Source of the DNA: a virus
Lineage: Duplodnaviria; Caudoviricetes
DNA: 33,009 bases
Direction: 5' to 3' (one strand)
Virus record (IMG/VR): IMGVR_UViG_3300045526_000314
Coordinates: 1-33,009 of that record
A program made the translations under genes and the position numbers. Positions 8,547 to 16,188 of the stretch are shown in pieces. Under the pieces are notes generated by a model that searched no databases, was not told the origin of the DNA, and saw only the letters and a program-made list of their open reading frames with translations. Every line of letters starts with the position of its first letter. Position 1 is the stretch's first letter.

Positions 8547-8759
8547 TCAGATACCGGCGGCGACCTGCGCGAGGTATGCGTGCACGTCGCCGCGCAGGTA
8601 CTGAACCCGTTGCAGCACGCCAGCGATTCGCGCCTGTTCGCGCTCGCTGGCAGCCATGACGAAAGCCGCCACGTGGCTAGTGCACACGCGGCGGCCGTTG
8701 ACGTTGTAGCAGCGCTCGCCGATCGGTGAGGCGAAGAACTGGGAAAGGAAGGAGGCCAT
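8547..8759 (-). CDS. Hypothetical protein (70 aa, start MASFLSQFF)
   Basis: ATG 8759 with a CACACCACC leader and TATGAT at 8782-8787. Confidence 0.6.
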   Translation of the reverse strand: MASFLSQFFASPIGERCYNVNGRRVCTSHVAAFVMAASEREQARIAGVLQRVQYLRGDVHAYLAQVAAGI

Positions 8760-8790
8760 TGGTGGTGTGCGGCTGGCCCCGATCATACCA

Positions 8791-11055
8791 TCACCGCATC
8801 TGAGGCAGCAAGCACTTATCGGAGTCGCAGCCGGCAGGGCCCGCCTCCTCGATCTCCCCGCCATCGTGCCCGCGCAGAGCGGCGAAGAAGTTATCAGTGG
8901 TTTGGCGGTTTTCCACTTTGGTCACCAGGTCGCGGTATCGCTCCGCCGTGATCGGCTCGAATGGCAGCCGCGGGAAGGTTTCGTTGGCGTCAAACCGGGC
9001 CAGCAGCGCGGCCGAGATGTAGCCCTCGTTCCGTTCGATCGCGCCGTGGATCGCCTTGGCAAGCGGCTCGATCTCGTCTTCCCTGAATTCGATCGTGGCC
9101 GAGGTGTTGTGGGTGGTGTAGTACCGCTGCACCTGCATGTAGAAATCAAACTGGGCCAGGGCGGAGAACTTGCTGATGTCCACCTGATCGGCGCCGGGGA
9201 GGTTGGCCCAGCTCACCTCGGTGGGGATCTCCACCAGCCACTCACTGCAGCGCGGATCAAACGGATCGTCGAGCAGGCGGCCGTTTTCGTCCTTGTCGCT
9301 CTGGCTGGGCACGATCGAATAGCCGTAATCGAGGCAGGCCAGGGCCACCGGATCGTTCTTGCGGAAGGTGATGCGGCGGATGAAGCGCTGCGCCTTGGGC
9401 GGATGCCAGCCGGGCGAGGCGCCGGTGAGCAGGCTCTTGGTGCCGGCCGGCTGCACCGTGGTGGCGCGGTTGGGGCGGCGCAGGCCGTGGCGGTCGCAGT
9501 ATTCGCCCACCGCCTGGTGCACGATTTCGCGCCAGCGGCTCAGATAGCGCGCTTCAGCGGCCAGGAAGGCCAGGCCCTCCTCGGTGTGGGGCCGGCCCGC
9601 CTCCCACCACTGCAGCCAGGCGGTGCCGAAGGCGTGCACGAAGAAATCGAACAGGCCGGTGAAGCTCACGCCCACGATCGGATCCCAGGCCCGGCTCTGG
9701 CGGTAGCGCTCCACCGCGAAGCGGTGGTTGAGCAGGCAGGCCACCGAGATGGCGCCGGCGCGGAAGGCCTCCTCCTGGGCCTGCTCGTCGTGGGGATCGA
9801 TCTGGTTGAGGTGGATTTCGGCCAGGTTGCAGTGGAAGTCGGCGCCGAGGATTTCGCCGCAGGGGTTGAGGCCGTAGCGGCCGAGGCGGTGCTCCAGCTC
9901 CTCGGGGCTGATGCCGCTGTGGTGCAGCTGCAGCCAGCGGCCTGCCTCTTCGCGGCCCTGGTCGCAGTAGATGCCCACGAACTCCTCGCGCAGCTCGGGC
10001 GTGGTCAGCAGGTCGGCGTTGGAGCGGGCGATCGCCTCGGGTGCGAACTGGATCGCCCCTTCGCCGGAGTGGAACTGTTTGGTCACCGCCTCCAGCACCG
10101 TGGCCCGGTCGGGGCGGTGGTGGAAGACGCGGGTGTGGTTGGCCATCCGCAGCGCGTCGCGCTCCGGATCGATGCGCCAGTTGCCGTCGGCATCCTGCTG
10201 CCAGAGGTTGTCCTTGGCGGTGGAGGCGGCCAGGTCGTCGGCGGCGAATTGGCGCATGCCGGCGCTGCGGCGGATGTTGCCGGCCACGATCGTGACGGCG
10301 GCCTCATCGATCAGCAGGCAGCACTCAACGGAGGTGAGCTGGCGGCCGCGGGCGCGGTTGAGGATCTGGGCGACGCGGCCGTAGAGATCGCGCAGTTTCA
10401 CCGGGTTGGCCATGCCGCCGAAGCCCTTGAGCGGCTCGCCCACCGGCCGCACGTCGGAGAGGTCGACCGCCACATGCACCGGGCCGCTGAAGCGCCCGTC
10501 GCTGCTGAGCTCCAGCAGCAGGCGGTAGCTGTCGACCCAGCCGGAGCGGGTGTCGCCCACTTTGATCGTCACCGTGTGGCCGTCGACGCTGTGGGTGGTG
10601 CGCTGCTGACGCGCGCCGGCGGGGGTGACGCCGATGTCGCTGGTGATCGTGACGGTGAGTTCGTTGCGAACCGCCGGCAACCGCTCGATCAGGTGCGGCT
10701 CAATGATGGCGCCGGTGCCGCAGCCCATCATCGCCAGATCCATCATCAGGGCGAAGGCGTCCCAGTCCACCAAGTTGGTGGAGGTGCAGTTGTAGGCGCC
10801 GGAGAAGTTCTCGGGGCGCTCCAGCCAGTCGGTGCCGCCGACCCAGAGCCAGCGGCCCGACGGCAGGGCCTTGTGTTGCATCTGCATGCGGCGCAGCAAA
10901 TCGGTCTCGTCATCAGTGAGCCGGCCGAGGCGCTGCAGGCCGGCCAGATTGCGCTCAACAACCTCAGGCCAGCTCTCGCGGCCGTTGTCAGTACGCCGGG
11001 AGTAGGTGCGGTAGAAGACCGGATTAGCAGCGGGAGCGGAGGCGGGGAATGTCAT
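8791..11055 (-). CDS. nrdJ: Class II adenosylcobalamin-dependent ribonucleoside-triphosphate reductase, cyanobacterial type
   Basis: Motifs PSGRWLW, AYNCTS, AGNIRRSA, NPCGEI, CNLAE, TTVQPAGTKSLL and C-terminal GCDSDKC. Confidence 0.97.
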   Translation of the reverse strand: MTFPASAPAANPVFYRTYSRRTDNGRESWPEVVERNLAGLQRLGRLTDDETDLLRRMQMQHKALPSGRWLWVGGTDWLERPENFSGAYNCTSTNLVDWDAFALMMDLAMMGCGTGAIIEPHLIERLPAVRNELTVTITSDIGVTPAGARQQRTTHSVDGHTVTIKVGDTRSGWVDSYRLLLELSSDGRFSGPVHVAVDLSDVRPVGEPLKGFGGMANPVKLRDLYGRVAQILNRARGRQLTSVECCLLIDEAAVTIVAGNIRRSAGMRQFAADDLAASTAKDNLWQQDADGNWRIDPERDALRMANHTRVFHHRPDRATVLEAVTKQFHSGEGAIQFAPEAIARSNADLLTTPELREEFVGIYCDQGREEAGRWLQLHHSGISPEELEHRLGRYGLNPCGEILGADFHCNLAEIHLNQIDPHDEQAQEEAFRAGAISVACLLNHRFAVERYRQSRAWDPIVGVSFTGLFDFFVHAFGTAWLQWWEAGRPHTEEGLAFLAAEARYLSRWREIVHQAVGEYCDRHGLRRPNRATTVQPAGTKSLLTGASPGWHPPKAQRFIRRITFRKNDPVALACLDYGYSIVPSQSDKDENGRLLDDPFDPRCSEWLVEIPTEVSWANLPGADQVDISKFSALAQFDFYMQVQRYYTTHNTSATIEFREDEIEPLAKAIHGAIERNEGYISAALLARFDANETFPRLPFEPITAERYRDLVTKVENRQTTDNFFAALRGHDGGEIEEAGPAGCDSDKCLLPQMR

Positions 11056-11112
11056 TCGGTTTGGGGTGGTGTTGGAGGGTTCCGGAGTGGGGGAGGGCTA
11101 GGGCGTATCCAG

Positions 11113-11292
11113 TCACCAATCGAGGCGCTGTGACTCGGGTGGCCGATACATACTGTGCCCGCACGCCCGACAGATCGGCGATGCGCAAAGCGGATTGACC
11201 GCGTAACAGGTCCGGCACACGACGATGCGCGGCTTTTGCTTGGCCCGGCCGCGGTCGCGGCGTCGTTGGCGCTTGGCGCGGGGGTCAGACAT
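11113..11292 (-). CDS. Small basic zinc-ribbon protein (59 aa)
   Basis: MSDPRAKRQRR...CRTC...CRACG; start overlaps the upstream stop region. Confidence 0.55.
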   Translation of the reverse strand: MSDPRAKRQRRRDRGRAKQKPRIVVCRTCYAVNPLCASPICRACGHSMYRPPESQRLDW

Positions 11293-11626
11293 CACCCTGC
11301 CGCTCCCGATGCTGCTGCAGCGTATCCCAGGCGGCGCGGGGGGTGGGATGCGGCTCAGAGCGCAGCAGAAAAGGCACGTCGTATCGGGTGTAGTGCCAGC
11401 CGTCGTGCATCCTGTAGATGCTCCACCCATCCCCCGCATCAAACGCGGTGGGCTGGCAGGGGATTGCCCAGTCGCGCGAGGGCCCCAAGAGGTCGTTGGC
11501 GGCCTTTACAACCCCTTTCACAGCCTCCGACTTCGGTCCCTGCCATTTGGCTGCGTACGCCAAGTCTCCCAAGGTGTTCCATAGATCAGCCGGTGTCGGC
11601 GGCGGCGTGGTGTTGTTGTTGTTCAT
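11285..11626 (-). CDS. Hypothetical protein
   Basis: 113 aa; ATGA overlap with the upstream gene. Confidence 0.6.
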   Translation of the reverse strand: MNNNNTTPPPTPADLWNTLGDLAYAAKWQGPKSEAVKGVVKAANDLLGPSRDWAIPCQPTAFDAGDGWSIYRMHDGWHYTRYDVPFLLRSEPHPTPRAAWDTLQQHRERQGDV

Positions 11627-11805
11627 GGCTTCAGAAAAGAAAACGACCAGTGACCGATGAGAATGTGCTTGCAGTATCCATTCCGCTCACTGAAGATCAA
11701 CCGGTGGCGTCGCGTGTCTTTCCATGTGATGCCGAAACCGAAGACGCGGAGCCATCCTGATCCTGGCCTGGTGTGAACCTGAAGGAGTGGGATGTTGATG
11801 TTCAT
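11623..11805 (-). CDS. Hypothetical protein
   Basis: 60 aa, tightly packed in the operon. Confidence 0.55.
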   Translation of the reverse strand: MNINIPLLQVHTRPGSGWLRVFGFGITWKDTRRHRLIFSERNGYCKHILIGHWSFSFLKP

Positions 11806-11813
11806 GGCAGACC

Positions 11814-12035
11814 TCAGATGATGTTTCTAAGCGCGTCCTTTTCACGCGCCTGAAGGCAGTTGACTTGAAAAGAAACTTGCGACAGCTCTTGAATCAAGTC
11901 GTCGGGAATTCGCGGATCGATGGATCCCGCCGCTACCTCTAGGTCGCGGCATTGCACAATTCCGCGACAAAGCTCAATAAGCCTCTCGCGTTCAATGGTT
12001 GCCCTAGGGCGAATGAAGGAGGTGTGATCAGACAT
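11814..12035 (-). CDS. Hypothetical protein
   Basis: 73 aa, helical, same-strand packing. Confidence 0.55.
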   Translation of the reverse strand: MSDHTSFIRPRATIERERLIELCRGIVQCRDLEVAAGSIDPRIPDDLIQELSQVSFQVNCLQAREKDALRNII

Positions 12036-12107
12036 GTTGAGATTGGTGAAGATGCTGCGGTGTGGGGCCCAGGATGAGTGAAGTGTTGATGTTTATGAAA
12101 TAGCAGA

Positions 12108-12632
12108 TCAGGAGTTGACGAACACAGGGCGTTCGCAGTTCTCAAGCGCCCAACGCATCCAGAACACAAGCCATTCGGCCCGGCATAGATTCCCGTCATA
12201 CTTAGGATCGTCCACGTAGCTTGCCTCTGAGTAGAGACCGGTTCCTTTCACCATCGGCTCCGCGCCTTCCTTTAGTGGCGGATATTGAGCGATGTGGCCA
12301 GGGAAGCGAGCCTTGTACGCCGCAAGACGTTCTTCAGCCTCTTCGAGGTGCGCGGCTGTGATTGGTGCGGCGCCGGGGTGGTCTTGGATCAAAGGAAAAC
12401 AGTAATTTCCGTTTCGCACAAAACCGTTGTGTTCATTGAACATCACGTGAGAAATTCCAACTTGATTACAGAATGACGTCCAAGCGTCGTAAGAGGGCCA
12501 TTTTTCGTTTGTGCCATCCGTCGGATCTCCGTGCGCTGGTGCACCGTCGATCTTGACCGTGTTACAGCCAATGCTGACGGCTTCATTGTTGTACTCGATG
12601 ACAGCCTCTCCAATTTTCAGTGTGTAGCCCAT
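12108..12632 (-). CDS. Hypothetical phage protein
   Basis: 174 aa with globular composition; lower-GC segment. Confidence 0.7.
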   Translation of the reverse strand: MGYTLKIGEAVIEYNNEAVSIGCNTVKIDGAPAHGDPTDGTNEKWPSYDAWTSFCNQVGISHVMFNEHNGFVRNGNYCFPLIQDHPGAAPITAAHLEEAEERLAAYKARFPGHIAQYPPLKEGAEPMVKGTGLYSEASYVDDPKYDGNLCRAEWLVFWMRWALENCERPVFVNS

Positions 12633-12678
12633 GGCGGATGCGGAAGCAAGGTTTACAGGTTGTGGCCCCAGGCAGCCC

Positions 12679-13065
12679 TCAGGCTGCCATCACCATCTGG
12701 ATCAGCTGCGCCTTCGGCAGGCGGCGGCGGGTGCCCGCCAAGACCATCAGCTGACGGTTCGTGAGGCGGGCCAGGCTGGTGGCGCGATCGGCGGTCACCC
12801 GGGCGGCGACGGCAACGGGTGCGTAGGTGGCGCGGGCTGCCACCAGTCGGCGGGAGTACCAGCGGCCCAGCTGCTCGGAGATGCCCGGCAGAGCGTCCCA
12901 GGCGCGGCGGGTGTAGCGGCCGGCCAGAAGGGCCATGACGATCGCGACCTTGAGGCAGTCGATCACCAGATCGGCGACCTCAGCCCAGTCGACTTCGTGA
13001 ATCAGGATGCGGGCGGTGGTGCCAGCGAAGCGGCCGGCGTGACCGGCGAGGGTGGTGGTGTTCAT
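12679..13065 (-). CDS. Hypothetical protein with a central hydrophobic helix and C-terminal SAP/Rho-N-like motif (128 aa)
   Basis: Start MNTTTLAG; ends LARLTNRQLMVLAGTRRRLPKAQLIQMV; GCTACAGT upstream at 13093-13100. Confidence 0.6.
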   Translation of the reverse strand: MNTTTLAGHAGRFAGTTARILIHEVDWAEVADLVIDCLKVAIVMALLAGRYTRRAWDALPGISEQLGRWYSRRLVAARATYAPVAVAARVTADRATSLARLTNRQLMVLAGTRRRLPKAQLIQMVMAA

Positions 13066-13304
13066 GGGGGTGGTGGTGTGTGACCTGCTGGAACTGTAGC
13101 GCACCTGTCCCGGATGTGCAACCTATAGGCCGCCATCCGCAGCCGCTGCCACTCCCGGCCGGCATCAGTGCGCAGCCAGCAGCGGGAGCACAGCTCGCCG
13201 TGACTGCCGCTGCAGCGCCGGGAGCAGGCGGCGCAGGTCGCCACCTGGGGCAGCAGGCCGGCCTTACGATCCCGCCATCGCCGGTTGCGGTCGGCATGGG
13301 TCAT
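13062..13304 (-). CDS. Basic C4 zinc-finger protein, paralog of 31787..32002
   Basis: MTHADRNRRWRDRKAG...CAAC...CSRCWLRTDAGREWQR; ATGA overlap. Confidence 0.7.
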   Translation of the reverse strand: MTHADRNRRWRDRKAGLLPQVATCAACSRRCSGSHGELCSRCWLRTDAGREWQRLRMAAYRLHIRDRCATVPAGHTPPPP

Positions 13305-13459
13305 CGGTCGGCCCACTCCCCCACCAGGAAGCAGGAGACGAGCTTCGCGTCGGGCCCCATCAGTTCCAGGCCGCTGAGGATCGCATCGCGAGGACTGGGC
13401 GCGTACAGGGCCATGGTGCCATTGGTGGTGGTGACGGTGTAGAGGCGGGATGGGGTCAC
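13301..13459 (-). CDS. Hypothetical protein (52 aa)
   Basis: GTG start, TPSRLYTVTTTNGTMALYAPSPRDAILSGLEL...; stop overlaps the next ATG. Confidence 0.5.
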   Translation of the reverse strand: MTPSRLYTVTTTNGTMALYAPSPRDAILSGLELMGPDAKLVSCFLVGEWADR

Positions 13460-13496
13460 TGGAGGGAGAGGGAAAGGAGCGGTGGGGATGAGCAGA

Positions 13497-13682
13497 TCAG
13501 TCGATCTCAACCAGTGATTCCCAACCGGGCATGGATGGGTCGTAGGCCTCCTCAAGGGCCGCGCGGAGCTGCTCGGTGGGCACATTGATTGAGCCGCCGT
13601 CGACGGCATAGGAATGGAGTCCGCACCCGATGTCGGTTGCTTCAAGCACTTCTTCGACGGTGGTGACGGTGGAGATGGTCAT
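13497..13682 (-). CDS. Small acidic hypothetical protein (61 aa)
   Basis: Start MTISTVTTVEEVLEA; C-terminal part of track ORF 13497..14093. Confidence 0.55.
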   Translation of the reverse strand: MTISTVTTVEEVLEATDIGCGLHSYAVDGGSINVPTEQLRAALEEAYDPSMPGWESLVEID

Positions 13683-13740
13683 CAGAGGAGATGGGAGGGT
13701 TGGGGATGCGGCGGAGATAGGCTCCCGCGGGCCGGGCCGG

Positions 13741-13944
13741 TCAGGCGTCGAAACCGAGATCGTCGCTGAGCTCCTCATCGGTCGGCTCAGGACCAAACAC
13801 CTCAACCATGAGGGCGACGCGCTCATCGATTGACATCGCCTGGAACTCTTCATCAGAGAGCGCCAGGTCAGTGTCCATGCGATCGCGCCACAGATCGAGG
13901 CTGGCGGCGATTTCGGCGTAGCTGCGGACGGTGTGGATGGCCAT
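13741..13944 (-). CDS. Small acidic protein (67 aa, 18 D/E)
   Basis: Start MAIHTVRSY; first gene behind the GTGACG...GCTACTGT promoter motif. Confidence 0.62.
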   Translation of the reverse strand: MAIHTVRSYAEIAASLDLWRDRMDTDLALSDEEFQAMSIDERVALMVEVFGPEPTDEELSDDLGFDA

Positions 13945-13983
13945 GGTGTGGTGGTGCGTGACCCCCTCACAGTAGCGCATCCG

Positions 13984-14214
13984 TCACCCGTGGGCGATTC
14001 CCTGCAGGAACCGGCGGCCATCTGGTGACACAACGTCACAAACGGTTTTCGCGACCTTATGCGCCTCCCTGGTGGGCAGCCGCTCCGCCGCATCCCGCAA
14101 CGCTTCGCGGGTCACCTGCTCGTCGCGTGCGCTGACCGCGGCGTGGGCCAGCAGGAATGCCGCCAGGTCGTCGGGCAGTTCATGCGGCTGGGACGGTGGT
14201 AGCAGGGCTGGCAT
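13984..14214 (-). CDS. Hypothetical protein
   Basis: 76 aa, helical, divergent from the AbrB-like gene. Confidence 0.5.
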   Translation of the reverse strand: MPALLPPSQPHELPDDLAAFLLAHAAVSARDEQVTREALRDAAERLPTREAHKVAKTVCDVVSPDGRRFLQGIAHG

Positions 14215-14250
14215 TTGTGGGTTAAGCTGCGGGGGTTCTGAACGGATTCT

Positions 14251-14652
14251 ATGTCCACCCCCCTCACCGGCGCTGAACTGACCGCCAAGGTCACCGAGAT
14301 GATCGGCGAAGCCACCGAGCCGGAAATCGCCGTGGCCTGCGGCTACGCCAACGCGGCCGGCAAAGCCAACGTCAACGCATTTCGCCAGGCCCGACTCGAC
14401 GCCCTAGGCGCCGGCATCACCCCTCCGAAGCGCGAGCGCCGCGGTCGCACCCCGTCGTTTGAAGCGAAAGTTGGCCCCAAAGGCCAAATCGTGCTGACCG
14501 GCGGCTACGGCGCCCTGATCGGCCTGGAACCTGGCGACTACGCCCGGATTCAGCACATCGGCAATAGCCTGGTGCTCTGCCCCGCCGGCGAAGTGCCGAC
14601 GTTCCGCGATGAGCCGGCGCCAGCCACCCGCGCTGCCACCTACGACGACTGA
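14251..14652 (+). CDS. Cyanobacterial AbrB-like (cyAbrB) transcriptional regulator
   Basis: PLTGAEL..KV......E..IAVACGY N-terminus plus GR.PSF...V...GQIVL...Y....GLEPGD C-terminal AbrB-type domain, the cyAbrB architecture. Confidence 0.85.
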   Translation: MSTPLTGAELTAKVTEMIGEATEPEIAVACGYANAAGKANVNAFRQARLDALGAGITPPKRERRGRTPSFEAKVGPKGQIVLTGGYGALIGLEPGDYARIQHIGNSLVLCPAGEVPTFRDEPAPATRAATYDD

Positions 14653-14792
14653 TGATCGCGTTGATCCTCGCCGCCACCGTCTCTTCCGTGTCAGTGGCGG
14701 CACGCCCTGAGCCTTCTGCCCACGAATGCCCATGCGCGCGGGAGATCAGGCTACGGAAACAATCCACACCACCAAGGAAGCATCACCGATGA
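14652..14792 (+). CDS. 46-aa peptide with a signal-like N-terminus
   Basis: MIALILAATVSSVSVAARPEP...; TGATG overlap with the AbrB stop. Confidence 0.4.
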   Translation: MIALILAATVSSVSVAARPEPSAHECPCAREIRLRKQSTPPRKHHR

Positions 14793-14863
14793 TCATTACA
14801 GCTGCACTGATGGGCGCCGCCGCGGGGCTGGTGTTGCACTGGTTGTTTCCGGTGCGATTCTGA
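14789..14863 (+). CDS. 24-aa hydrophobic peptide
   Basis: MIITAALMGAAAGLVLHWLFPVRF; ATGA overlap with the previous ORF. Confidence 0.35.
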   Translation: MIITAALMGAAAGLVLHWLFPVRF

Positions 14864-14917
14864 GTACACACGCAACATCAACAACGAATAGGATTGCGCG
14901 GGTGGCACGCCAACTAC

Positions 14918-16003
14918 TCAACCCCTAAACAACGCCACCGATTCCCCCAGCGCCTGCGCCCTTCCGAGGGACAGGCGCTTTTCTGATGCGGTTGGCGTGT
15001 TGAGCGCTTTTGACAGCTCCTGCCGGGCCTTCTCCATCGTGATCCCACGGCCCTTGGCGTAGGCCTCGACGCCGCGATCGTGTTCCTCCCGCCAGCGCTC
15101 AGCGTCGAGCAGGGTGTCCTGCAGCTCAGGATCGCGCTCCTCCACCGCTTCGTTCGGCACGAACACCGCGACGCATCGACACCGCGGATGGAACGGCAGG
15201 ATCACCCGATCGGTTGGGAACACGCGGCCATTCCGGGCTGCGCACGTCGGGCAGACCCGCTCGTCGTTCGACGCCAGCACCCGCACGTAGGAATCGCCAC
15301 GCTCACGGGCCCGGGCCAATGTCGCCTCTGAGTATGTGCGGGCCAGCTCACTGCGAGCGATCATCGCGGCACGCTGCTCCAGGCCCAGGCGCTGATTCAG
15401 GCGCTTCGGATCTCGCGCACCGCTGAGCAGCTGGCGCACCTGCAGCTCCAACTTCTTCGGGCCCCACCCCCTGGTGGCACCCTCGCCGACCACCTGCACG
15501 AGTTGATCGCGAAACCGCACCGCCTCGCCGTCGATCAGGGCGCCGACGTTGTTTGCAGCTGCGCGGAGCACCATCGGATCCGCGGCAGCGAAGGTGCCGG
15601 CGGTGGCTGATCCGGTGAGCTCGGCCAGGGCCCGGCCCAGTTCACCACCAAGGGAGGTCGCGGCGGCCAGGTCGTCGTAGTAAGTCGAGATCCACCGGCG
15701 CAGCTCAGGGGCAGGCAGGAATCCCTGCGCATCGCGGATGATCGCGGTGAACCTGGATGTGGCCTCGGCGGCGCTGTAGGACCCGGGCCGGCGAATCGTG
15801 TTGCGGGCCGGGTCGTAACCCTGTGGGCCGAGCGCGGCGGTGTAGCTGGCGTAGGACCGTCGCAGGGTCTGCAGGGTGCCAGCAAGAGAGCGCCGCAGGA
15901 TCGCCCGTAGGTTGGCGTCGCTGCGGCGCTCCAGTTCATCAAGCCTCCGGGCGAAGCGATCGGCGATAGCAACAAGCCGCCTCGGTGCCGGAGGTATTGC
16001 CAT
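14918..16003 (-). CDS. Minor head protein (SPP1 gp7 / Mu gpF family)
   Basis: RAAMIARSE...DERVCPTCAARNG...PFHPRCRC signature; downstream of the portal. Confidence 0.92.
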   Translation of the reverse strand: MAIPPAPRRLVAIADRFARRLDELERRSDANLRAILRRSLAGTLQTLRRSYASYTAALGPQGYDPARNTIRRPGSYSAAEATSRFTAIIRDAQGFLPAPELRRWISTYYDDLAAATSLGGELGRALAELTGSATAGTFAAADPMVLRAAANNVGALIDGEAVRFRDQLVQVVGEGATRGWGPKKLELQVRQLLSGARDPKRLNQRLGLEQRAAMIARSELARTYSEATLARARERGDSYVRVLASNDERVCPTCAARNGRVFPTDRVILPFHPRCRCVAVFVPNEAVEERDPELQDTLLDAERWREEHDRGVEAYAKGRGITMEKARQELSKALNTPTASEKRLSLGRAQALGESVALFRG

Positions 16004-16161
16004 CAGTCTTCGACCTCCTCGTCGTCATCCTCGTCCTCGTTGGCCACGATGATGGCAACCTTGAACCTCTCAAGAGAGCCGATCAATTCCTCAAGGGAGG
16101 TATCGGGGTTCTCATCGAGGTAGCCGTCGACGGCGTTTTGGATGGTTTCGTAGAGGGTCAT
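16003..16161 (-). CDS. Small very acidic protein (52 aa, 18 D/E)
   Basis: MTLYETIQNAVDGYLDENPDTSLEELIGSLERFKVAIIVANEDEDDDEEVED; stop overlaps the minor head ATG; below the ORF-track cutoff. Confidence 0.65.
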   Translation of the reverse strand: MTLYETIQNAVDGYLDENPDTSLEELIGSLERFKVAIIVANEDEDDDEEVED

Positions 16162-16188
16162 GGTGGTGGGTGTTAAGCCGTCACCACC

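Noticed and set aside
10028-10035. HIP1 octamer GCGATCGC as a host signature
   Set aside because: Only isolated copies noticed; enrichment cannot be claimed without counting.
8767-11133. 788-aa plus-strand ORF
   Set aside because: Antisense shadow of nrdJ; explained by its G/C-ending codon bias, with no recognisable motifs.
13497-14093. Longest-ORF starts in the track (also 3558, 7312, 17721, 20157, 28689, 31999, 32546)
   Set aside because: The extensions overlap neighbouring genes or promoter motifs; shorter starts with coupling or leader evidence were preferred.
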